Shown here: piece after piece, positions 28,407-36,157 of the stretch
How positions within the stretch are numbered: the first letter of the stretch is position 1
How the letters are laid out: the number at the start of each line of letters is the position of its first letter
Virus record (IMG/VR): IMGVR_UViG_3300025416_000002
Span: 16,552 to 80,551 of that record
From: a virus
Lineage: Duplodnaviria; Caudoviricetes
DNA length: 64,000 nucleotides
Reading direction: 5' to 3' (one strand)
The notes under the pieces: generated by a model
The model's input: only the letters and a program-made list of their open reading frames with translations
Databases searched by the model: none
What the model was told of the DNA's origin: nothing
Program-made: the position numbers and the translations under genes

Positions 28407-29696
28407 ATGGCAACGCAAAAGCTTAGAGTTTTAGCATGGGGTGACTACGCATGTAGCACCGGTTTTGGTACAGTCATGCGCAACATCATGAGCGAGCTCA
28501 ACAGTACTAACAAGTATGAGATCGACGTTATTGGTGTTAACTACGATGGTGGCCCCTACGACACTAAGAAGTGGCCAGGTACTCTCTGGCCTGCTATCAG
28601 TGCTCTTCGCACGCAAGGCCCATACGGTGATGTGTTCGGTCGTCAGGTTTTCCTTGACATGCTCTCGCAGCGTGACTACGACATCGTGTTCATCATCCAG
28701 GACACCTTCATCGTTTTGCCTATTGCTCAGCAGATCCTGGAGATCCAGCGCACAAAGCCTAAGACGTTCTCTACCATCTACTACTACCCGTTTGACTGTG
28801 GTCCCCGTGAAGAGTGGGTAACCCAGTGCGTAGCAGCCATGGACTTCCCCGTTGCTTACACTGAGTATGCCAAGGAAGAGTCTCGCAAGTTTGTTGGCCG
28901 CTTTGCTGACAAGATTGACGTTGTGTATCACGGTACGAACACCAAGGACTTCTATCCACTCACACCTACGCAGAAGATCGAAGCACGCAATACGATCTTC
29001 CCAGAGGTAATTCGTGACAAGTTCATCGTCACCAACGTGAACCGTAACCAGGGCCGTAAGGACATCTCTCGTAGCCTCATGATCATGAAGGAACTGGTTA
29101 ACCGTGGCGTAGATGATGTCTTCCTTTACATGCACATGCAGGAAACAGACTTCGGTGGCAGCATCATCCAGATGGCTACCGCCATGGGACTTGACCCTAA
29201 CCGTCACTTCACCATTCCAGACCCACGCCAGTTCGGTGCACACAGTGGATTCCCCATTGAATTCCTCAACGGTATCTACAACGCTAGTGACGCCTACCTC
29301 ACCACTACACACGGTGAAGGCTGGGGCTTGAGCATCACCGAAGCAATGGCTACCAAGCTTCCTGTTATCGGACCACGTAACACGAGTCTCCCTGAGATCC
29401 TTGGCGAGAACAGCGAGCGTGGTTGGTTGGTCAACAGTGGCCACACTCCATCGCACTGGATCATCAAGGACAACGACAACGAGCGTATGCGTCCCTTGAT
29501 GAGCGTTGAGGAAGCAGCAGATGCTATCCTTTACGTGAAGAACAATCCAGCAGAAGCGCAGGAGAAGGTCGAGCTTGCGTACGACTGGATTCAGGAGCAC
29601 ACATGGAAGCATGTCTGCAAGCAATGGCTTGGCATTTTTGATAAAGCTGTTGCCAAGACAAAGGCAGCCAACTTATCGTGGAAGGAAACAAAGTGA
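28407..29696 (+). CDS. Glycosyltransferase family 4 (GT-B)
   Basis: STGFG, NRNQGRKD and EGWGLSITEAMA (Ex7E) motifs. Confidence 0.85.
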   Translation: MATQKLRVLAWGDYACSTGFGTVMRNIMSELNSTNKYEIDVIGVNYDGGPYDTKKWPGTLWPAISALRTQGPYGDVFGRQVFLDMLSQRDYDIVFIIQDTFIVLPIAQQILEIQRTKPKTFSTIYYYPFDCGPREEWVTQCVAAMDFPVAYTEYAKEESRKFVGRFADKIDVVYHGTNTKDFYPLTPTQKIEARNTIFPEVIRDKFIVTNVNRNQGRKDISRSLMIMKELVNRGVDDVFLYMHMQETDFGGSIIQMATAMGLDPNRHFTIPDPRQFGAHSGFPIEFLNGIYNASDAYLTTTHGEGWGLSITEAMATKLPVIGPRNTSLPEILGENSERGWLVNSGHTPSHWIIKDNDNERMRPLMSVEEAADAILYVKNNPAEAQEKVELAYDWIQEHTWKHVCKQWLGIFDKAVAKTKAANLSWKETK

Positions 29697-30349
29697 GATC
29701 ACAAGTACTTCTAATTGTTCCCACTCGCAGTCGACCAGAAAAGTCACTGGAGTTTTACGAAGCGTTCCGTGAGAACTCGAGCATCACAGACTTACTGTTT
29801 GCACTGGATGATGACGATGTTGAGTACCCGCAGATCGAGGGTGCTCAGTATGAAATCAATCCACGCATGGGTATGAATGGTACTCTAAACTATGTAGCGA
29901 ACAAGTACGCTGAAGAATATGACTACCTCGCATTCATGGGGGATGACCACCGCATCCGCACAAAGGATTGGGATAAGGATCTCGTAGCATCAATCACCGG
30001 TTTTGAGAATGGTGTTGCGTATGGCAACGACCTTCTTCAGGGTAGCAACTTGCCCACTGCAGTTCTTATGGACGCTCACATTGTTCGTAAGTTAGGGTAC
30101 ATGGCACCACCTAAGCAACGCCACCTTTACCTGGATGACTTTTGGAAGGAACTTGGCAACGCTCTAGGCACCTTGAGATACAGTCCTGGCGTAATCATTG
30201 AGCACCTGCACTTCACCAACGGTAAGGCAGACAGCGACGCTCTGTACCAAGAGGTTAATGCACCAGAACTTTATAACAAAGATCGTGAAGCATACAACGA
30301 ATATCTTGCCAATGATTTCAATTCTGATTTAGAAAAGTTAAAGAGCTAA
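29678..30349 (+). CDS. Glycosyltransferase, GT-A fold (GT2-like)
   Basis: LLIVPTRSRP, FALDDDD, FMGDDH..RTKDWD, IIEHLH; true start may be GTG 29693. Confidence 0.75.
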   Translation: MEGNKVRSQVLLIVPTRSRPEKSLEFYEAFRENSSITDLLFALDDDDVEYPQIEGAQYEINPRMGMNGTLNYVANKYAEEYDYLAFMGDDHRIRTKDWDKDLVASITGFENGVAYGNDLLQGSNLPTAVLMDAHIVRKLGYMAPPKQRHLYLDDFWKELGNALGTLRYSPGVIIEHLHFTNGKADSDALYQEVNAPELYNKDREAYNEYLANDFNSDLEKLKS

Positions 30350-30350
30350 C

Positions 30351-30902
30351 ATGATTAAAAGATTGCGTGAAAAATACTCTGATGAAGAACTATCGCGTAT
30401 TTATAGTACGCCACATCAGTCGTGGAAAGACACAGATCACAACATACGCGTAGAAAGAACGATCGAATTCATTGACAAGAACTTTGATAGCATTAAAAAT
30501 GCAGCAGACTTATCAGCAGGTGATGCTCGTATTATCAACTCTATCAAGATCGAAGGCGATAAATATATTGGTGATTTCGCACCAGGCTATGATCTGACAG
30601 GGCCGATTGAAAAAACTTTATTGGAGATACCAAAAGTAGATCTGTTCATCAATTCAGAAACCCTAGAACACATGGATGATCCTCAGGATGTTCTCAATAG
30701 AATTAGAGAGAAAACCGATCACCTTGTTCTTTCCACTCCTGTCGGCAAGTTCAACGATACGAACCCTGAACACTACTGGGCATGGGATTATGAGGGCATT
30801 GAAGAACTGCTTAACAAGGCTGGTTTCACTGTATTCGATAGCGACGTAGTTTATCTCGCTGATCAATTCGTTTATGACTTTCAACTAGTGGCTTGCAGAT
30901 AG
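30351..30902 (+). CDS. Class I SAM-dependent methyltransferase
   Basis: Motif I-like ADLSAGDA; SETLEHMDDPQDVL...LVLSTP. Confidence 0.7.
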   Translation: MIKRLREKYSDEELSRIYSTPHQSWKDTDHNIRVERTIEFIDKNFDSIKNAADLSAGDARIINSIKIEGDKYIGDFAPGYDLTGPIEKTLLEIPKVDLFINSETLEHMDDPQDVLNRIREKTDHLVLSTPVGKFNDTNPEHYWAWDYEGIEELLNKAGFTVFDSDVVYLADQFVYDFQLVACR

Positions 30903-30903
30903 C

Positions 30904-31716
30904 ATGACAGTGCGCATGGTTGATAAGTACCCAGGATCAAAAGCCTGGCAGTACAATTTCGATGCCCCAGAAGGATACTGGCCAGCAAACTGCAACGTAT
31001 ATGTTGGAGATGGTAAGCCAGCTATCGTAGTTACCTGTAGGAACCTATCTATTGGCGACGACTATCAGCCAGTATGGGGAGAGCAAGGTGTTATTAGAAC
31101 TAGAAGTTACTTTGCTTTTGTCGATGATGAGTTCAACCCAATCAGTGAATGGAAAGAGCTGGATCAGCCAAACGTAGATGTTCACTTCCCAGCTGTTCGT
31201 GGAGCTGAAGACCCACGTCTTTACTACCGTGATGGCAAGTGGATGTGGGCTGGAACAATCCGTGAACACCACCCCAGTGGAGATCCAAGAGTCTGTGTCG
31301 GCACCGTTGATGATGGTATGCTATACATTGTTGATGGTAATGGATGGGTGAAGAACCAGATGCCGACCACGGTTGACAATCCTGAGTTCATTGATTCAGA
31401 TACACCACGTACACCTCACTTGCATGGTGGTGGCGTGTTCCCATATGGTGATGGATACATTGGCATTTGTAAGGGCCACATGAATGCAACGTGGCCACAT
31501 CGCACATACTTGAGCCAGTTTGCATTGTTCGATGCTGCAGGGAACATCACACACTTAACAGAGAAGTTCACAATGACTGAGTGCCCGATTGAAGTCGCAA
31601 CCGGTTTGACATTGTATAAGGATGAATTGATTATTGGCTTTGGGTTAATGGACCGAGAAGCCTGGCTGGCAAAGGTTCCTCTGGGACCTGTATTGGATAG
31701 TATGGTAGAACTATGA
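30904..31716 (+). CDS. Five-bladed beta-propeller glycoside hydrolase/phosphorylase-like protein (GH43/GH130-like)
   Basis: EDPRL, KNQMP, HGGG and IEVATGL motifs; inside the glycosylation island. Confidence 0.6.
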   Translation: MTVRMVDKYPGSKAWQYNFDAPEGYWPANCNVYVGDGKPAIVVTCRNLSIGDDYQPVWGEQGVIRTRSYFAFVDDEFNPISEWKELDQPNVDVHFPAVRGAEDPRLYYRDGKWMWAGTIREHHPSGDPRVCVGTVDDGMLYIVDGNGWVKNQMPTTVDNPEFIDSDTPRTPHLHGGGVFPYGDGYIGICKGHMNATWPHRTYLSQFALFDAAGNITHLTEKFTMTECPIEVATGLTLYKDELIIGFGLMDREAWLAKVPLGPVLDSMVEL

Positions 31717-32582
31717 ACATTTTGATAACTGGACACAAGGGATTCGTCGGTAGATACTTCTGCAAGAAGTACGGAAGCGACCACGACATCACTGGCATTG
31801 ACATCGTTGATGGTAACGATGCTAGAGAATTCTTCAGGATTAACAATCAACACTACGATTTGGTAATCCACTTGGCAGCTGTTGTTGGCGGACGCATGAC
31901 TATCGAAGGCGCACCGTTGTCAGTAGCTGTAGACCTTGCTATCGATGCTGAAATGTTTCAGTGGGCATTGCGTACAAAGCCAGGGCGCATCGTGTACTTC
32001 TCTAGCTCCGCTGCGTATCCCATTGAGTTGCAGACAAGAGACTCGGGCATCAAGCTTCGTGAAGATGCTATTGACATCAACAACTTGAAGATGCCTGATC
32101 TTACGTACGGTTGGAGCAAACTGACTGGCGAATACCAGGCTCAGTTCGTGCAAGCAGAAGGTATTAAGATCAACGTCTTTAGGCCGTTCAGTGGTTATGG
32201 TGCTGATCAAGATCTTGCTTACCCTTTCCCATCGTTCATCAAGCGTGGGAAAGAGCTGCAAAACCCGTTTGAGATCTGGGGTGATGGCACACAGGTTAGA
32301 GATTTTATCCACATCACAGACATTGTAGACGCGGTAGATGAAGCGATTAGACAAGACGTGCAAGGCCCAGTAAACTTGGGCTGGGGTAGGTCAACTTCAT
32401 TCAACGAGCTGGCTACAATGGTTGCTGATGCTGCAGGATATTCTCCAGAGATCAAGCACCTGGAAGCTGCTCCAACTGGCGTGATGTATAGAGTGTGTGA
32501 TCCCGCTAAGATGTTGTCGTTTTATCAACCCAAGATCACACTCGAACAAGGGATTGAGGAGGCGTTACAGTATGACATTTGA
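31713..32582 (+). CDS. NAD-dependent nucleotide-sugar epimerase/dehydratase (extended SDR)
   Basis: ITGHKGFVG Rossmann motif, HLAA, SSSAAY, YGWSK (YxxxK), VRDFIHITDIV. Confidence 0.9.
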   Translation: MNILITGHKGFVGRYFCKKYGSDHDITGIDIVDGNDAREFFRINNQHYDLVIHLAAVVGGRMTIEGAPLSVAVDLAIDAEMFQWALRTKPGRIVYFSSSAAYPIELQTRDSGIKLREDAIDINNLKMPDLTYGWSKLTGEYQAQFVQAEGIKINVFRPFSGYGADQDLAYPFPSFIKRGKELQNPFEIWGDGTQVRDFIHITDIVDAVDEAIRQDVQGPVNLGWGRSTSFNELATMVADAAGYSPEIKHLEAAPTGVMYRVCDPAKMLSFYQPKITLEQGIEEALQYDI

Positions 32583-32760
32583 AGAATGGCTTGATTATGG
32601 AGTGAAGCATGGGTACTGCACCGAGCAGTTCTGCGACACTCACGATGGCCCACCGATGCACGAAACCGAAGAAGACGCTTGGGACCGTGGTGGCGATCCC
32701 TGCATGCACATGGTGAGACTCGGGTCTTACGATGACTGGAACACAGGAGAAGAAGAATGA
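32572..32760 (+). CDS. Small Cys/His-containing phage protein
   Basis: GAGGAGG RBS; MTFEEWL...CDTHDG...GGDPCMH. Confidence 0.6.
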   Translation: MTFEEWLDYGVKHGYCTEQFCDTHDGPPMHETEEDAWDRGGDPCMHMVRLGSYDDWNTGEEE

Positions 32761-32888
32761 CAATTCTATGTGTGCTGGTATTCCCAGCAATCGCAATCGC
32801 AACGGTAGGATACTTTGTCTACCGTTGGAACAAAGGCGTGAGGGCAGGGATCTTCCAGAAGGTCAAGTTCCCTAAGCGCAAGAAATAA
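32757..32888 (+). CDS. Small membrane protein (43 aa)
   Basis: ATGA overlap; hydrophobic N-terminus and basic tail (MTILCVLVFPAIAIATVGYFVYRWNK...KRKK); not in the supplied ORF track. Confidence 0.5.
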   Translation: MTILCVLVFPAIAIATVGYFVYRWNKGVRAGIFQKVKFPKRKK

Positions 32889-32920
32889 TCCGAACGAAGC
32901 AAATACCGTAGATGCAGCAA

Positions 32921-32952
32921 GGGGCCTGGGTATGCCCCCTAACAACTACCCA
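32921..32952 (+). ncRNA. H-type pseudoknot motif, copy 1
   Basis: S1 GGGGC/GCCCC, L1 C, S2 TGGGTA/TACCCA, L3 CTAACAAC; second copy at 44154-44180. Confidence 0.6.
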
Positions 32953-32955
32953 CAA

Positions 32956-33029
32956 CTGGTAGTGGCTCAACTTGGTAGAGCGGTTGGTTTGGGTCCAACA
33001 GGTTGGGGGTTCAAATCCCTCCTACCAGA
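32956..33029 (+). tRNA. tRNA-Pro(UGG)
   Basis: Acceptor CTGGTAG/CTACCAG, anticodon arm GTTGG-TT TGG GT-CCAAC, TTCAAAT T-loop. Confidence 0.92.
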
Positions 33030-33036
33030 CGCATTA

Positions 33037-33108
33037 GCCCTTGTAGCTCAGAGGAAGAGCATCTGTTTTGTAATCAGAGGGTCGGGGGTTCAAATCCCTC
33101 CGGGGGCA
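33037..33108 (+). tRNA. tRNA-Thr(UGU)
   Basis: Acceptor GCCCTTG/CGGGGGC, TAGCTCAG D-arm, loop TT TGT AA, TTCAAAT T-loop. Confidence 0.88.
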
Positions 33109-33110
33109 CT

Positions 33111-33338
33111 ATGACATTAAATCAAGCAGCGAAGATTATGCTGGAGTTGTGCAACATCCCAGCTACACCAAAGTTGATTGCAGCGTTTAGCAATTACTCG
33201 TCTAACAGTATGTACATCAAAGGCGTATTGAAGCAGGCAGCGCCACAGGCGAGCAGTATGAGTAACCCTGCGTATCAGCAGGCGATGGAAGTTTTGCGTT
33301 CCAACGGAATTGATGTTAATATCTTTGATACCAACTAA
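33111..33338 (+). CDS. Hypothetical protein
   Basis: ATG immediately after tRNA-Thr; 75 aa (the track ORF start at 33003 overlaps tRNAs). Confidence 0.5.
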   Translation: MTLNQAAKIMLELCNIPATPKLIAAFSNYSSNSMYIKGVLKQAAPQASSMSNPAYQQAMEVLRSNGIDVNIFDTN

Positions 33339-33350
33339 GTAGGAGTAAGT

Positions 33351-33527
33351 ATGCATCACGAAACCTGGTGGAGTATCCTCACCGATCCCAACCACCTCAT
33401 TGCTGAAAGCATTGTGGGGTTAGTAGAAGAGCTCATCGTCTTTGGACTGGGTTATTACTTCGGTCGCAACAAGATCTGGAAGAAGATCCACAAGCAGTTC
33501 GATGAGGAACACAACATCGAGCACTAA
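33351..33527 (+). CDS. Small membrane protein (58 aa)
   Basis: AGGAG RBS; MHHETWWSILTDPNHLIAESIVGLVEELIVFGLGYYFGR...; not in the supplied track. Confidence 0.6.
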   Translation: MHHETWWSILTDPNHLIAESIVGLVEELIVFGLGYYFGRNKIWKKIHKQFDEEHNIEH

Positions 33528-33532
33528 GATTG

Positions 33533-33608
33533 GCCCCAGTAGCTCAGTGGACAGAGCTGAACGTTTCTACCGTTTAGGCCGGGGGTTCGAATCCCTCCTG
33601 GGGTACCA
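33533..33608 (+). tRNA. tRNA-Arg(UCU)
   Basis: Acceptor GCCCCAG/CTGGGGT, anticodon arm GAACG-TT TCT AC-CGTTT, TTCGAAT T-loop, encoded CCA. Confidence 0.9.
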
Positions 33609-33609
33609 A

Positions 33610-33682
33610 GGATGATTAGCTCAATTGGCAGAGCAGGACCTTTACACGGTCAAGGTTGGGGGTTCGAGTCCATCATCATCCA
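33610..33682 (+). tRNA. tRNA-Val(UAC)
   Basis: Acceptor GGATGAT/ATCATCC, loop TT TAC AC, TTCGAGT T-loop; one mismatch in each of the anticodon and T stems. Confidence 0.85.
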
Positions 33683-33708
33683 CTGCAGTACACTAGTAAG
33701 GAGAAACC

Positions 33709-34032
33709 ATGGGTTATTACTCAAAAGAATTTGCAAAGAATAGTTTGAAGATCGCATCAGGGTTTGCCATGATGAGCATGGCTAAGACAATGAAGGAGCA
33801 TAATAGAGAAATGCTAGAGAACCCACAGCCAAGACCAACAGCAGGATCAGTACGTAGCTATGACTTTGGTATCTATGAAGGTACTGTTGTACGAGTCATC
33901 GGTGTGCTATCATCTCTGATGGAAGTCATTCTAAAGAATGACATTGAAGTAGACCCATACACAATGAAAGAAGCTCAGGAGATCGTTAGCGGTTTCCAGG
34001 AGCTGATGGACATGAAGAAAGTAGACAAATAA
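33709..34032 (+). CDS. Hypothetical protein
   Basis: AAGGAG RBS; 107 aa. Confidence 0.6.
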   Translation: MGYYSKEFAKNSLKIASGFAMMSMAKTMKEHNREMLENPQPRPTAGSVRSYDFGIYEGTVVRVIGVLSSLMEVILKNDIEVDPYTMKEAQEIVSGFQELMDMKKVDK

Positions 34033-34382
34033 TGGAAATCAAGTTAAGCGTAAGCATCGGAGCAACTCTCCAAGTCAAGAACGACAAGGGTGAGTGGGAC
34101 TGGATCAAGCCAGAGGTCGGCTGTGAAGTTAAGCTAGTCGACGGTGAGATCAAGGCAGAGACTCTGCCAGTTCAGTTCGCTGCCATGTGGGATGACGTAG
34201 TAGGACCACAGTTCGCCAACGTAGTAACGGAGCTGATCGAAGGATCGGTGCCAAAGCCTGAAGTTGAAGCTGAAGTTGCCGAAGAAGTCGTTGACGAAGC
34301 AGAAACCAGCGAAGAGTTCATTGAAAAGCTCACGTCTATCATGGACGAGAAGCCCAACACTGATGAGGATGACTACTACTGA
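34032..34382 (+). CDS. Hypothetical protein (acidic C-terminus)
   Basis: TAATG coupling; 116 aa. Confidence 0.6.
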   Translation: MEIKLSVSIGATLQVKNDKGEWDWIKPEVGCEVKLVDGEIKAETLPVQFAAMWDDVVGPQFANVVTELIEGSVPKPEVEAEVAEEVVDEAETSEEFIEKLTSIMDEKPNTDEDDYY

Positions 34383-34513
34383 TGAGTGCATTCAATGACT
34401 TCGATGTATTTGTAGAGGAGCACATGATTGCCCCAGAAGAGTTGGGTGAGGCTTTCGCTGCATGGTTGAACTTGCAGACAGGCTGGGATGGAAAGTCTGA
34501 GAAAGTAGAGTAA
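34382..34513 (+). CDS. Small hypothetical protein (43 aa)
   Basis: TGATG/TAATG overlaps on both sides; MSAFNDFDVFVEEH...WLNLQTGWDG. Confidence 0.55.
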   Translation: MSAFNDFDVFVEEHMIAPEELGEAFAAWLNLQTGWDGKSEKVE

Positions 34514-35067
34514 TGACGGTTATTGCTGCAGCATTGACGATGAGTCATGGCATTGTAATCGTCGGTGACTCTGAATTGTCTACACCATTTACACGTGACA
34601 ACGACGGATACAGCAAGGTGTGGGTCGATGAGGAAAACGAAGGCTACATTTTCGGTGGAGCTGGCAACCTCAGAGAGCTGCAGATCATCAAGTACCACGT
34701 TGCTTGGCCCTACTACCGTGACATCTATCCTGTAGAAGAGTTCGTTGTCAAAGAAGTGGTTCCCAGGATGCGCGAAGCATTGGTCGATAACGGGATTAAG
34801 TTAGAAGAATATGAGAGCTCATTCATCATGGCATGGGATGAAAACCTAGTGGTTATCGATGAAGACTTTGGCGTTACTATTCCATTCAGTGTGCGTTACG
34901 CCATTGGCTCTGGTCAAAGCGAAGCTCTTGGTGCTCTTGGCAATGAGGGTGGATGGACTAGAGAAGGTGTCATCGAAGCAGCGCATCGTGCCACTGTTAC
35001 AGCAATCGGTGTCGGCGGTCCTTTGTACGCAGTTGACACCAGAGACTTGCAAGTAGTGCAAGTATGA
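34513..35067 (+). CDS. HslV/proteasome-beta-like Ntn threonine protease
   Basis: Thr after the initiator Met, GDS, SK, GGAG and AIGSG..EALGAL motifs. Confidence 0.8.
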   Translation: MTVIAAALTMSHGIVIVGDSELSTPFTRDNDGYSKVWVDEENEGYIFGGAGNLRELQIIKYHVAWPYYRDIYPVEEFVVKEVVPRMREALVDNGIKLEEYESSFIMAWDENLVVIDEDFGVTIPFSVRYAIGSGQSEALGALGNEGGWTREGVIEAAHRATVTAIGVGGPLYAVDTRDLQVVQV

Positions 35068-35075
35068 ATTTGTAT

Positions 35076-35104
35076 TTGACATTCCCCTCGGGGACTGCTA
35101 ACTT
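35076..35104 (+). promoter_or_regulatory. SigA-type promoter with a dyad in the spacer
   Basis: TTGACA-17 nt-TAACTT with TGn extension; TCCCC-TC-GGGGA between the boxes. Confidence 0.7.
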
Positions 35105-35133
35105 TTATATAACAACCAGTAAGGAGACAAACA

Positions 35134-35823
35134 ATGAAGCAGAATTACATTATGCCCCCCAAGAAAGTACCCGTTACTACTCCACTCCAGGAAGTAACGG
35201 AACCTACGTTTGGGGAAACTACTAAGGCTCCAACACGAGCTGACATTCGTCGTACCTCTTCCAACGAAGAAGGCATGATCATTGCAGTGGAAGCGTTCGG
35301 TGCACTCAACGAAGTGCTGTACGCAACTGACATCAGCAATGTAGTGCCTCTCGCTCCTGAGGAGATCGACGTTCTTGCTACCGAATTGGTAGCTGTACGT
35401 AACGCCAAGGACATCGTCGAAGGTCGTGAGGCTGCTCTCAAGAAGTATGCCACCGACCTCATCAACCTGAAGATCGAGATGAACGGCGAAGACCCAATCT
35501 CAAGCAGTGGCTACCTTGTTAGCCCCGAGAATGGCGTTAAGCTTTCCAAGGAAGTCTCTGGTGGTAAGCTCACCGTTGATGTCGATGTACTCGAGACCAT
35601 TCTGGACGAGGAACAGTTCCACTCTGTTACCAACCTTATCCACAACTACCGCACCATCACCTACCCTGATGGCAAGACTGTAGAAGAGACTACCGTTACA
35701 CGTGAGCTGAACGAGGAAGCACTAGAGAAGCAGCTCAAGCTCGGTAACATTGGCATGGAGCAGATCGTCAAGGCAACTACTCCAGGTAAGGTACGTTCAG
35801 CCTTCTATGTCAGAAGCCTCTAG
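35134..35823 (+). CDS. Hypothetical protein
   Basis: AAGGAG RBS; 229 aa; strongly biased codon usage. Confidence 0.7.
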   Translation: MKQNYIMPPKKVPVTTPLQEVTEPTFGETTKAPTRADIRRTSSNEEGMIIAVEAFGALNEVLYATDISNVVPLAPEEIDVLATELVAVRNAKDIVEGREAALKKYATDLINLKIEMNGEDPISSSGYLVSPENGVKLSKEVSGGKLTVDVDVLETILDEEQFHSVTNLIHNYRTITYPDGKTVEETTVTRELNEEALEKQLKLGNIGMEQIVKATTPGKVRSAFYVRSL

Positions 35824-36157
35824 CAAGAGACCTGTAATACGTGATGACCTTGCTATATACACGCAAGGTATGGCTGCAGCGTTCTTTGACCTTACACCTG
35901 AAGCGTTCCGGTTCAAGGAGCGTTATTACAAGCATGTGTTTGAGCCTCAAAGAACTGCTGCAGGCACACGTATATATAGCTTAAATGACATTCTAAAGAT
36001 TGCCCACACTCTGAGAAAAGACAACAAGATGACTGACCGCCAGCTGCGGTTAATAGTCTTGAGGGTGGATGCCTTTAAGGAACCTGTTAAGAAACACCGC
36101 AAGAAATATCGTAAAGGCAACATACCTGATGAAAAAAAGCACACTCCTTTTAATTGA
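35807..36157 (+). CDS. MerR-type HTH DNA-binding protein
   Basis: YTQGMAAAFFDLTPEAFRF..RTAAGTRIYSLNDI winged-HTH pattern; start ATG 35807. Confidence 0.65.
   Translation: MSEASSKRPVIRDDLAIYTQGMAAAFFDLTPEAFRFKERYYKHVFEPQRTAAGTRIYSLNDILKIAHTLRKDNKMTDRQLRLIVLRVDAFKEPVKKHRKKYRKGNIPDEKKHTPFN

Noticed and set aside
28431-29624. 397-aa minus-strand ORF, and the many other minus-strand ORFs in the track
   Set aside because: Antisense shadows of codon-biased + strand genes; no RBS, motifs or operon context. I found no credible minus-strand gene.
32889-32955. tmRNA, HDV-like/theta or pistol ribozyme, preQ1/SAM-II riboswitch identity for the pseudoknot
   Set aside because: No tRNA-like ends or tag ORF, no P3/L3/J4-2 of HDV-like ribozymes, no P2/P3 of pistol, and no matching ligand-binding core as far as I recall; left unassigned
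32932-33114. ORFs 32932..33114 and the 5' part of 33003..33338
   Set aside because: They overlap well-formed tRNA-Pro and tRNA-Thr genes
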